Below are positions 29,001 through 42,710 of a stretch of 64,000 bases of DNA, piece after piece. Within the stretch, counting starts at the first letter, position 1. Each line of letters starts with the position of its first letter. Below the pieces are notes generated by a model that worked only from the letters and a program-made list of their open reading frames with translations, was not told the DNA's origin and searched no databases. Both the position numbers and the translations under genes were made by a program. This DNA comes from Paraspadella gotoi. Taxonomy: Eukaryota > Animalia > Chaetognatha. The stretch is from NCBI GenBank assembly GCA_051294375.1, contig CM119265.1, positions 11,940,382 to 12,004,381 on the forward strand, read 5' to 3'.

Positions 29001-32000
29001 TAAAAATTAGTACACTTATAAAAAGTTATAAGGAAAACAAAAAAAATAGAAAAAGTTCACATTTGGCAACCATGAGCAGTGTTCAGATAAGGCGGCATAT
29101 GCTTTTGAGACTGTACCCATTATTGTCATTTTTGTTTATTATTATTTTTGCTAAACATGCCTTTCAAAATAACAAAAATAAAGATTGGCTAATGAAACTA
29201 CGTTGTAGGTGGTACACTTTGTTGCCGGAACAAAGAAAATTTATTAGTATCATAATATAAATATGGAGTACATGGTGACAATTTTACAAGCGCCGGTAGA
29301 AATACGCTGTCATTTGCAAACCAGTGGTTATTTCATTGATTTTAAAAATTAGTTGAGTAGAACATATTAAAGTCATTTATGTGTTCAAATTTTATATTGA
29401 TCAGTTAAGATATGCCTTGGCAATGAGTGGAGAAAGTTGGCTTGTAAAATCGGGTTTCATTTTCTAACTCACTTTTTTAGATTCAATTTTTTTTTCTTAC
29501 TTTCAGTAAGTGTTCTGAAGAATTTTAAAATAAAATAATATTAATATTATTATCTTCTGAAAGCCCTTTCAAATCTAAAGAGAATGACATACTTGCAAAT
29601 ACTGTAGTATAAAAATTAACCGGCCCAGCTTTAATTTAATTAGGATACTCAAAAACAAGACATCTTTCTAAAAATCAATATCTGGAGGGTGTAGAAGACG
29701 AAAATAGTAATAATAAAAGTGAGAAGGTGAAGAATTGTGACGATGTAAGAGAAGTAGAAAAGAAGTGAGACGAGCTCTCTCCTGATACGCTTTTATCATC
29801 GCCCGGACCAACTTGACCTTACGGTCGCCTCGGCCCTATTACTGTGTCCGGTCAATCTAAGGTTATTGCCAAAGCTAGGGCTAAGTGACCGTGTGGAATA
29901 GACCGGCTCGGAGAAAGAGGAGAGAGGAAGGGTTTAGAGAGAGAGACCGGTGGTAAGTCACCTCAAGGGTAAATTTAAGATTTTTAGCAAATTGTGATTG
30001 GCTATCTGAAATCTCCTTTTTTCAGGCTCTTTCATGATACTTATATAAATAATAATATTTTATGTTATAATAATTTAATCAGGTCATATATTTTAAAAAA
30101 AGATTTAAAATTTTAGATAATTAACTTTTGACTCTTAAGGCTGGGCTAAAGAGTTACAATATCGTCGCAAACGCTAAGCGATTGCGACGATAAAAAATGG
30201 TAAGTCCCAGCCAAAACTATAAAAGCGTAGTAGTTTTTATATAAAAACAGCGTGACGCCGACGACAACGACGACGTCACAAAGAAGACGCCTGTCTTGGC
30301 GAGATAAAAAGAAAATCTAAAAAATATTTATCCAATGAGAAATGGTACGCATTTTTTGGTGTCACTCGCGAACGGACACGGGTAGCATCGACCCGGCCGG
30401 AGAAAGCTTTCGAAAAAGAACGAACCCGCGGGTAAATTGGAGGCGTTGTAGTCGGCGCCCGTCAGTTCGTTCATTTCACCCAATGCCACTTCACAAAGAA
30501 GGATGAGTCCCACATTTCTAGCTGGCGTCGCGAAGCAGTAATTGGCGGATTTGGTGCACATGTCCGCGAAGTAAATGCCCTTTGTTCATAGAGGAATATT
30601 ATAGAAAATGTTGGCAGCAATAGTAAGTTTTCGAATTAAAACGTTGAACGCACCTTCCCGAACATGTATCCAGTGACGGGTGCTTCGGGCGGAGCGATTC
30701 GCAAGCCTTGCCCGAGAATTCCGCTCCAATTCGTGAGTCTGTGGTTTTAAATGAAATTTTACAACTTGATGTTTCCAGCGAGACCCAAAGGACTTACCGA
30801 GAACCATGCCACAAGAGGCGTCGATTACCCAGCTTGCTTGGATTAAACTTGTCCTTCTCGCTGAGTTTATCCAACGTGAAAATCTGTCAAACGCAAAAAA
30901 AAGAGGCTCAACTTTGCACGTCTAAAAAAAATTTCAATCACCTCATCGACGTCGAGAGAGTAAGCCGTGTGCGTCTTTCCGTGAGTCTTTTGCACAAAGT
31001 CGGTGACGCGACGAAATTCGTCGTCGTCTTTGCCAAGCGGCTCGATGCCGCAGCGCAGACTGTCGTAGTGATGGTCGATCATGTTCTTGTCTTGCATCGC
31101 TTGCATCGAAGAGGTCATCAGCGTCATGGCGATCTGAAAAAATAAAAATCATTACTGCTTTGTCAAATCAGTCTTTGAATATTGAAAGATTTGTGGAGGC
31201 TTCCGTTTCGTTAACCTGGATGTCCCCCAACACTTCCAACAATTGGATTTTCGCCTTGATGGTGCCCATGTCGCTTATGAGTGGCGGACGTTTCATGCCA
31301 AAGTCGTGTGGAATTCTTTAAGAAGTAAAATAAAAACTTGAGACACTGACATCAAAGACAAACGCATTTAAAAAGCGTTGGACGCACACCTGGTGTAAAA
31401 CTGGTTGCAGGCTTCGACGTGCGCCTTGTTTCCCGTTTTGGCTTTGACGACGCAATCCTCGATTCGCTTCAAAGCTTCGTAGCCGTGGCGGATCTGGTCG
31501 TTGGTCAATTTTCCCAGCGGAGCCTATGGGGTTAAAGTGACCACTTGTCGGCTCGATAAAGTAACCCGAATGATTGTGGATCCTCACCTTGTTGGCGTCG
31601 TACTGCATCTCCACTACGGTTTCCGTCATTTTTTTGACGTCAAATATCAATCGCATCAATTCCTATTGAAGAAAAAAATTGAATTTTTTTTATCGTCGCA
31701 ATTGCTTTGCGTTTTCGACGATTTTGCTGTAATTTTGCACATAAGTGGCGTCGTCGTCGGCAGTTCAAATTATAGATCGACTTTTTTATGATTAAATTTG
31801 GGTGTATGAAGCTGAAAATTAATATACAACTTCTCATCATCGATGTGCTTAAAATTGAGTCAGGACAGTTATTAAATATGTTTTGTTTACGTTTTATCAA
31901 AACAAACAAATTTTCTCTTTTATTTTTATATTTCTTTCTCTCTCTCTTTTCTCTTTTAATTTCACTCTCTCTCTGCGTTTTTATTTTAAAAAAAATTGCA

Positions 32001-35000
32001 TTAGGATTGAACTCGTAAAATTAGGCATGTTATCATTTTGCTATCGCAACATCGGGTTTTTATTTCTTTTTTTGTTCTCAGGGGCTGCGTCTGCTAAATA
32101 GTTTATTTTTTGACAATTAAATTTTTTTTGCTTTTTTTTTTCAATTGACAATGACATTGTGTAATTTTCTCTCTTTTCGTTGTTCAATAAGATCAGCAGA
32201 TTCGAAAACGAAAGTTTTTAGTATTTTTTACAATGATTTTTATTATAGAGTATTGGACATGTTTCGACTCTTGTTTTTTGAGTCTTCTTCAGCATTTGAC
32301 AGTTGTAATTTTCACAATCATAAAGTTGGGGATAGAGAGAGAGTGAGTGAGAGAGAGAGAGAGAGAGATTCCAACAAAGAATTGAGCAAGGACAGTGGTC
32401 AGATTTCAGGACAGGTGAAGGTAAGGACAGGAAAAATGGGAAATAAGTTGATTTTTTAAATGGTGAAAAAGAGAGAGATAAAGAAACATTACATTTTGAA
32501 ATGTACAACAAAGATAAATGAATCTTTAAACTAAATGAATAATAGTAACAAAGAAATAGTAAATAGTTGATTTAACTAATGGAGTATAAGTGAAAGTGAA
32601 ATTTGAAGAATAAATGGTGAGGGATAGGTAAGTAAAGATTTTAGGGAAAAATTAAGTTAAGAGAGAAGCTCAAATTGAGCTGGCCCCCCCCCCGGCCGGG
32701 AAAATGGGGGACGTAGACGATGTGATCGGGTCATTGACATGTCATAGGCTAAGAAGATATTTTTGTAGAGTTCAACACCCTAGGATCGGGTAGTGATCCA
32801 CTTGGGAAGATGCCGAGTGCCACTCGAATATCTCGGGCAAGAATAGGCCCACCTTACTGGCAGGTGAGAGGAGGGAGTCGGCAGGCCCATCATTGACAAA
32901 ATTATGAAAGTTTACCAAATTATGAAGGTTAACCAAATTATGCAAGTTAACTAAATTATAACAAAAATTACCAAATTATGCCAGTTGACCAAATTGTTAA
33001 AGTTGACCAAATTATGAAAGTTTACTAAATTATGAAAGTTTACCAAATTCTAAAAGTTGACCAAATTATATCAGTTGACCGAATTATGTCAGTTGACCAA
33101 ATTATGTCATTTGACTAAATTATGCAAGTTGACCAAATTATGCATATTGGTGTTGGCGCAGCTATTGGTTCATTGATTGATTAATTGATTCTTGAAGTGA
33201 AAAATATTATTTTTATTTTTAAATTTTATTTTAATAAAAGATGAAAAAAGAAAAGAGATAAAGAAAGAAAGAGAGAGAGAGAGGAGAAGGAGAGAGAAAT
33301 AGGAGGGAAAGAGAGCCGTTCCAGGGGGCAGGCAAATTCATCCCCCTGGGGGTAGCCCCCAGGGGAAAGGTTTTTCTAGCCCCTGGGGGATTCCCCCTGG
33401 AGTGGCCCCTTGGGGCCCGAAAAAAGAGGCTACAGGGTGCCGCCCCCAGGCAGTAAAAATTTGCAGCGCTCTCGGGGGAGGCTATTCTGAAGGATGACAT
33501 ACAATGACAAAAAAAAATTTTTATTGTTTTTTTTCTTTTCTTTTTTTCTTTTTTTTCAGAAACTGTAACTTTAATTTTCCTCGGTACTTTATTATTTTTT
33601 TTAATTCACAATCGTAAAAATATAATTTTTCTTTTTGTTTATAAATTAATTTTCTTTTCTCAAATTTTATTTTTTTAATATCAAAATTTGTCGTCAATAC
33701 AGATTTTTAGTCGGATCTGCTTATCGGCAGATCCCAACTCTATAATTAACTTTGTCGGTCCGTTGGTCCGCCCCCTCAATATTGTCCGGGCACACTCTTA
33801 TATCATGTCAGAACATCGAATTATGATAAATTATGCAAAAAAATGATGTCCGTCTGTCCCACTTTAGCAAAAAACTCCAATTACTCGTGATTGGATGGAT
33901 GGATTGGTATCAAATTTGTGTGTGTGGGTAGGAAACTGTGTGATTAAGATGGATATGAAGTTTCGAGGGAATCGTGCGAGTGGAAATTGGTTTAAATGGA
34001 AAAAACAAAAAAATATATTTCACTATTTGAACGCCATTGCTATGAGTGGATAGGGCGATTGACTTGAAATTTTGTATGATGGTAGGAAAGTGTGTGATTG
34101 AGCTGGATATAAATTTCGATGGAATCGTGCGAGTGGAAATGAGTTAAAATGGAAAGAACAAAAGTCATATTTACTTGAAGTATTTTACTTAAATTATATC
34201 ACAATGTTTAAATTTACTCATAATTATTATTTTTATTAAAAATCGGATAGATAAATCGAAATTGAATTTTGTATGTGGTAGGAAAGTATGTGATAAAGCT
34301 GGATATAAATTTTTTGATGGAATCGTAGGAGTGGAAAAGAGTTCAAATTAGAAAACCAAAAGACATTATTTGAATTTTTTAAAGTTTCTCTCTCTCTATC
34401 TCTCTCTGATTGATTGATTGATTGACCAAATTATGCCAATTGACAAAAATATGCCAGTTGACCAAATTCTTAAAGTTGACCAAATTATGCCAGTTGACCA
34501 AATTCGCAAGTTGATCAAGTTCTGCAAGTTGATCAAGTTCTGCAAGTGATCGTCTGCAATTGACCAATTATGCCTGTTGACCAAATTATGCCTGTTGACC
34601 AAATTAGGCCAGTTGATAAAATTATGCCAGTTGACAAATTATGCCGGTTACCAAATTATCTTAATTGATCAAATTATGTCAGTTGTAGGGATTAGCAGTA
34701 TTCGACGAAATTTTTATTTTTCTATCGGCCGAAAAATAATAGGGAATTTCATTCCAAAAAACAAGGCTTTTTGAAATATTTACTGTATGGAAAATACTAA
34801 AAAGAAAAATTTTAATTTTTAAATATAGGTACTGTAAGGGTAAGTCTAACTAAAAACCGAAAAAGAATCTTTCAAATAAGAAAAATATTGGAATAGTACA
34901 GAAAGCAATATTTATTTTTATTGTTGCGCAAAAACTAGGCTTTCCTCGCAAAACCTCTGGTTACAGGAGATGCAAATGGGTTTTCTCTCAACATATTGAT

Positions 35001-38000
35001 CATTATTGATTCCAAAAATGATGCGCAAAAATGCGCCAGCAGCAGTTCTGGCGATAGTAATTTATATCATCTTTCCTATTGTATATTAAGGCCTATGAAT
35101 CATCACTATGTATGAAACTGATATAATATATTTATTATGATCTTAAGATTTATCATGCCTTTTTTCTGCCTACAACAATTCCTCCTTTGCTAAAATACAT
35201 GATACCTATAATTATTATAATGGGTAATATCTTTATTCATAGTCTTTTTTTTAACTAAGTTCAAATATAAACATCAAGACCATTGTTGATCCACAATTTC
35301 TGATACTTTTAATAAAATTGGTCCACTGACTTTTACATGGTATATCTTTGTTTCTTTTTATCTATGATTTGAGTTTTATTTTCGGTATTCGTTTTTTCTT
35401 TGATTTTAAAGAATCAAAACCGAAAAGTAATCGACTTAGAATCGGAGATTGTATAAAAATAAAAGAGAAAAGAAAAGGGAGGAGGGAAAGAGATGAGGGG
35501 ATAAAGTGGCGCAGTTTTATGTCAATTTACGCCATTCTACGCCAAAGCATCTTAATAGCTTTATTTGGAAAATGAAAAAAAGTTTTTACGCCACAAAATT
35601 AAATGATATTAATATGGTTTTCTGTTCATTTTACGCCATTCTACGCCAAACTTTGTATAAAAAAGGCTGGAAAAATATTTAAATCAACCTAACTGAGTAG
35701 TTTTTACTAGAAAATAAACAAAAGTCTTTACGCCACAGAATTAGATAATATTTATATCGTTTTTTTGTTCATTTCACGCCATTTTACGCCACAATTCTTT
35801 TCCAAATTTAAATATAAACATTTACACTTATTTAATATGATATTTTAAAATTTTTTTTGGAAAAATCATTAACGCCACATATTTAACTAGGAAATAATAC
35901 GTTTTGGCGTACTTTTTACGCCACCAGCGCCAACAAACATGTAAAAAAAAAGAAATCAAATCGGAGTCCAATACTACTATGTATTTTTAATCAAAAAAAA
36001 GCGTTTTCCAAAATTTTGGTTGAATATTCTTGATAGCAGTAAGGAGGCAGAAACGTTACTCCAAATTGACGTAAATCAGTTGGCGTAAATCAAATATTTA
36101 AAAGTCAAACTTGGAATTAACGATTAAAGTACACTTCGATTGGCTTTAATATAAGGTTTAAAACCATCCAATGAAGAAAATCAGTATTATTAAAAATTTT
36201 GTGCAATACCCTATCAGTTGACCAAATTATGTCAGTAGACCAAATGAAGTCAGTTAACCAAATTATGGCAGTTGACCAAATTATGCAAGTTGATTAAATT
36301 ATGCAAGTTGACCAAGTTAGCTTATTACCACTTATCGAAGGCAGATCCGACATTGTTTGCTCAAACTTGTTCTTATGCGATTGCTTTTAAGATTTTTACA
36401 AATTCTTTTTATATTGCTTCATTGATTATTATTTGTATAGTAGACCTGAATCTTTTCGTCAAGTTTGCTCTCGATCTCTTTGGTTTCGTCTTCCGTATCC
36501 TGTTTGACGTCAGCCTTTTTCTCTCCCGAGCAGCCGGCATCGTCTACGGATGGCGCGTAGTCCATCTCCAAAAGGTCATACTTGCCGGCGACCTTCTTGA
36601 AGCTTTTTCGCTGATACCAGTCGTTCTTGGTTTTGTCTCGGAACTTTTGCATGAACACGGATTTGGCCTTGCCGACGTCGCCACCGCATTGAACCAGGTT
36701 GGTGCCAGCGACTTTACCGATCCGACCCCATCGCTGATTATTGAAAAATATAATTATAATTAGCTTGAGAGAAACAAAGAAAAATATTTGACGCCCGAAA
36801 AAAAGATGGTATTAGATACCTTATGAAATTGGTACAACTAATATCAAAATTATCCATTCATTTAATAAATAAGCTATCTTGCCCCTGACTTTGGACAGGC
36901 TTTGGTGGTTTAAGGCCTCCATCACTCTTACAAGATAATTATATAAGAAGGTCCCTGCAAGCTTTTAATCAAGACTCTCTCACAGTCCCGTTTATTTACT
37001 CCCAGAGTAACTGGCTTCCCTATCAATGAAGTGCAAAATATTTCAAAGAATGTTTCAATTGTATGAAAAGACCACTCCCTTAAGTATTAGATCGGGGAAT
37101 ACTTATTGTACTCCGCACTACTGCACTAGCATCAAAATACAAGGAACTGAATTTTATGAAATTAGTACAACCAATATAAAAATTATCCATTCATTTAATA
37201 AATAAGCTATCTTGCCCCTGACTTTGGACAGGCTTTGGTGGTTTAAGGCCTCCATCACTCTTACAAGATAATTACATAGCAGGTCCCTGCAAGCTTTCAA
37301 TCAAGACTCTCTCACAGTCCCGTTTATTTACTCCCAGAGTACCTGGCTTCCCTATCAATGAAGTGGAAAATATTTCAAAGAATGTTTCAATTGTATGAAA
37401 AGACCACTCCCTTAAGTATTTATATGACAGCTAATTTTAATTTATTTTTTTATATATTTTTATGCCAGTCCCTGGAGGATGCTCTCAATATCCACATGCA
37501 AAAAACAGGAGAGTGCAAGACTAACTACAAAGAGAGAAGCACCGGTTAAGTAAGAGAGAGAGATTAGTAGCCGGCTTCCCTTGCGACCACTAAACAGTGG
37601 CCAACTCGGGTTGACCCCATGGTGGCGAAACCTTCGTCGCCACATCCTCGCCCCCCGGAAAAAGTTCAAAGGACTTTCTTCTGGGCGTGGAAAAGGCGCA
37701 GAGGAATACTGGCATTTTTTTATTGGCGGCGGTTGCTGATGTCTTGCAGGTGAAACCGCGCAAACGGCGGCATAAGTACGTTTTTGATTTGTAGATGGCC
37801 GCGCAGGCAGAGGTGGCGGCAGGGCTTGTCGAAAATTAGTTGGCTTTTGAAACGATGCTGCCGGCCTACCTACGCGAGACGACGAACTACGCATGTGCAC
37901 GAACTGGTGCCGTTTTGAAGGAGGTGGAAACGACCGTGAAGGAGGCGGAAACGGCCGAGAAGAAGGTGGATATGGCTGGGAAAGCAACGCTGGTGCTAGC

Positions 38001-41000
38001 CGCAGATGCGGCGGTTCCAGGCACAGAGGCGGCGGCGCTGGCTGAGGCAAAGGGGACGCCACCTTTGCAACTTGCGAAGTCAATTTGAACGTCGGGTTTG
38101 ACGTCCTGAGTTAGTCGTACAGCACGAATTGCCGTGAGAGCGACGCCCATCTGTTTGTGAAGATTGTTGTCCATTGACGGCGACGAGAGTCTCGCCACAT
38201 TAAGGACGTCAATAGCAGCCTCCATCGCATCCTCAAGAGTGACATCATAACTGATGCCTGTTTGCGTGGTGGCATCGGTATTTGCGGCGTCAATAGTAGA
38301 GATGGCTGCGTCAGCCAAAATGACGTTCAGTTGAAGATGACGCATCTACGCTATCTCCACATTCTGTTAATGTTGATGCATCGACAAAGGAAAGAAAGTT
38401 TGTAATGGTGGAGGCATCTTCAGTTGTGAAAACATTGGTCACGGTGGAGGCATTCTTTCTTTTTGACGGGACCCATCCAGCAGGTGGCGCATCACCAGTG
38501 TCGCTGCAGGCGCGGGTGCAGCCGCGAGCTGAGGCGCTGCTGTTGTAATTGCCTCCGGCAACTGAGAATTCAAAGAAGTGTACATTGTCGTCTTAGATTT
38601 TTTTAAGAAAATGACGTCACAACAATTTTTTTTAGTTTCCTCCGATTGAAACGTAATAACTAAGTTTATCGATTCCTCGTTGCAGTAATCCGGACATCAG
38701 TTCCTTGACTGGTCAGCTTTAGTTTTTTAAAAACTTTTATGCGAAATTCGGGTCGTTTGTCGAAGCTGTTGAATACGAGGGACTTCGGCGCCTTATCTTC
38801 TTTCAAGACTCTTAATACTGCATTATAGTGAGATTTTTCTTTAGGTCCTTTGGCGTCGTAGACATCCACAGAGTAAACAAATAGACAAGTCATACTTAGT
38901 TCCAGATATTAGTCTTAATTCGTGACAGTTGATTTTAGGTACTGTAGTTTTGGTCAGGATTTTCGCGTATTCTCGTCGGGCTCACCAGTTATGTAGAGGC
39001 AGCAATGTATGAGACAGCAGTTCAATATACAGGAGAGTGCAAGACTAACTACAAAGAGAGAAGCACCGGTTAAGTAAGAGAGAGAGAGAGAGATTAGTAG
39101 TCGGCTTCCCTTGCGACCACTAAACAGTGGCCAACTCGGGTTGACCCCATGGTGGCGAAACCTTCGTCGCCACACAACAAAAGTTTCCGAGATATGGTCA
39201 TAAACGTCAGCCTTAAAAAGGCAAAATTTGTCAGAATAAAATTTTCGAGTTTCTCTAAAGATTTCTGACGCGCTAGTACTAACAATTAAAAAAAAAAAGA
39301 AAACGTTTCGCTGATTTCTACAAGCATTTGCCATAAATGAGTTATGCGATGGGTACAACTGAAAGTGATGACGGAAAATTTTTCTTCAAATTTTTATTTA
39401 AAGATTTGTAATGCGTAGTTCAAATCCTTAGTTCTTTAACGGTTAAAAAAGTTATTTTCTTAAATAGCTTTTGAAAGAAAAGAGGTAGCAAGGTGGGTGT
39501 TGTATCAAATTAAAGCCCTAATCATGAGACACCTTTCTAAAATAGTTTTATTAAATTTTATCCATAAATATTTATACAGCTTTTGTTTAAATAATAGTTA
39601 AAAGTATAACAGTTTTTTGCATTAAAATTTCAATGAAGGCATATGAAATTTTTAGTTTTTCTTTTGTAATTTGAAAAAGGAAAGACTGAATTACATTTTG
39701 ATTACAATTAAATTTTCTCTACTCCATAAATTTGCTTGTATTTTTCAATTAAAGTAAAAAACAAGCAAAAATTTACGTAGTAGCTTGATAAAATGTCTTT
39801 TTAAATATGAAAAATGATAAATACAAAAATGTTTTCAGCTTGATATAAACTGTCTGGACGTGTACCTTCTTGTCTGTGAAAAAAAAATCATCATTTTTAA
39901 TTATCTTCAACTGCAAACAAAAAGCTTGACATACTGCTTGTTCATTAGACTTACTAAAAATTGTTACATGAACAATATGAAATTTTTACTTGAATTTTTT
40001 TATGAAATACTGTTTTAGATTTGAATATGTTTTAAAAACAATAAAAGTGTACAATTTCTTGGAAAATAAAATTTACTCATAGCACAAAAGTAGTCAGTCA
40101 CTTTTGATATTTATTAAAAGCCAAGACTCAGCAGATTCTGAAAGTATTGATGGTTTTAATCTAAATTTGACAGTTCTCTTGTAATAAAGGCGCAAATTTA
40201 AGCCGGAAAGAGCTCAAAAATTTTAAAAAGTTATGGAGAATATAATTATAAATTTTAATCATTTTTTATTTTCTTTTAGTTTTTAAAGTTTAATATTGAG
40301 TATTTTGATTTTATTTTCAGTAAGTACTGCTAAATATTATTCTTATTATTCTTATACTACAAGCTATACTCGACGAAATCTTTCAAGACCTGGGGACGGA
40401 CGTCAAAAGCTTCCTGGTTTACGTGGATGATCTGATTCTAACCGCCAAGTCACCGGAAGACATGGCGCAAAGACTCCGCGACCTACTTCAGAGATGCAGA
40501 GACGAGAACGTCGTCCTGAAATGGACCAAAAGCGTTCTCCTCCGAAAAGAAGATATAAAAATCTAAGGATTCAGCATCTCAAAAAGCAAACTGATGCCAC
40601 AAAAGGCAAAACTCGAGGCAGTAGAAGTAAAGCTAAAAACGCTAAAAACCCAAAAAGAGTTGAGAGCGATGCTCGCCTCACTCAATTATTACAGGTGTTT
40701 TACGCATCGCTTTTCCTACATAGCCCAACCACTCCATACCCTCACACTCTTAGACAAGAAAGATTTCAAACTCTCAGAAAAACACATCGAAATTCTACAA
40801 ACGCTTATCAACGAGATAAAATCTTCTCCAGGATTAAATTTTTTAAACGACGCCAGAATCAAACACGGTTCCATTGGTGAAATTTTTATTTAAAGTAAAA
40901 GTAAAAGAGGAGCTAACGATCAGAATTCTAAGAGTTTTCAACCGGGAGTCAGATTCGGGAAAAATCTTCTATGGCGAAAATCTTCCAAAGAAGGGGTCAA

Positions 41001-42670
41001 TTTTTTGAATATTTTGGTTAATATTTTCTATATTTATGGTAGGATTTTTTTGAAACTTAATATTAACAATATTGCCATCATTCTACCTTAGCCGGTATAA
41101 GAATATATTAAAAAAACCTCTGGCTTTGTTTGTCAGAGATTAGTCCTACGTAATTATAATTTGCGCACCTTTAAAGAGGATGATAGACTGATCCGTTACA
41201 CTTACCATTTTGGGGTTAGGAAAAGGAAGAGCAGAATGAGTTTTCCTTGATTGATGTAATGGACAAATTAGATCGAGTAAAAAAAATTTTTTGTTGATTT
41301 GTGAAAAAATATCGAAAATTGATGAATGAATGAACGATTTCGGGACTATGAATGACTGCCATATTTACGTGAATTTGTTTGATGTTTGTTTATATATTGG
41401 TTCCCAATATATATATATATATATAATTAATTTTACATTTTAGTTCCAAACTGTTTGGCCGGCAGTTTAGACTTATTTTCAAAACAATTTATTTTTGTTA
41501 CGTTTTTTCATATTAGATGCAGCGCAGATTTATTTTTGTCCTTAATTTACTTTTCCCCAATTTAGCTATATGTGATCAATTGTAATACTGTTATAACTAT
41601 TAAGATTATTTGTACTACTGCCTTGCATGTGATCATTTGTACTCACTGTTTAACTTACTCATCTATTTGCCATTTAACAAAATTGGTTTTGGGGGGGAGA
41701 TGTTAGTAATATTTTAATTAGCCTCCAATTTAGTAATTAACTTTCGTTCAAATTTTATCTCTTTAAATTTTCTCAGTTCCAAAGTTTAATATTTCATAGA
41801 TTCCCAGGAACTCAGCGCCTATTTTGTAAACATTTTGTTTAAGTAGAATAAACAAAGGAAGAGAGACGAGAGGGAGGCCGAGATTTTAGTACATTCCATT
41901 TTTAGATCTCAAGGGAGTAAGACTCAATATTTTAACAACTGTTTGATTTATTAATACAACTTTGGCAATCTACAATTATTTCAGGTAACTTCAAAAACTA
42001 ATTAGACAGACTATGCATAGTTCAGCTCTCTATCCGTCATCTATTGAGGGCCACAGGTCACGTTACCGACAATAATAACAAATTGAAAATATAGTTGATA
42101 ACGAAATTAAGGCATAAAAAGAAAATATATTGATTTATTTATCTTTAAAAATAAATATAAGCAAAATATTTTGATTCAGAAATTGCTTATATTAATTAAA
42201 AAAAATCACTTCTTTACCTCGGCAATTTCAGTAACACTTTGCTCAGTTAATCAGGCAAAATATTACCTAAGTTCACCCCTTAATTCAGAGAGAAAAACAC
42301 AGTGCACGTTTCGATGAAAGAGGTGCTAAAAATTCGGAATCGCTACGCTCGAAAAGTAAAGCCTAAATTACAACTTACAAGACTACCATTTGGTAGTACC
42401 AAATATAATAAGTTTTAATGACAGTGAATTGTGTTACTAGCAATTAGGGAAGAGCTTAAAATCAACGAACCTGCCAACAATGGTATGTTTTTTCCGAGTC
42501 GCTTTCCAAACATTGAATGAGATAGTATTTGTTGTTGTTGTTCCCGACGTCCGTCTGGTTTAGCATGCAATCCCAGACGTCGTCCCCTTCGCAAAAAACG
42601 TGACTCGAATCTAAACTCAAAAAAATATGGAACGCTTCACGAATTTGCGTGTCATCCTTGCGCAGGGGCC

Positions 42671-42710
<40 letters not shown>

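Noticed and set aside
32890-36320. Regular 18-bp repeats (and the 22-bp arrays elsewhere) as CRISPR-like arrays
   Set aside because: Units are directly adjacent with no unique spacers, there are no cas genes, and they sit inside eukaryotic transposons.
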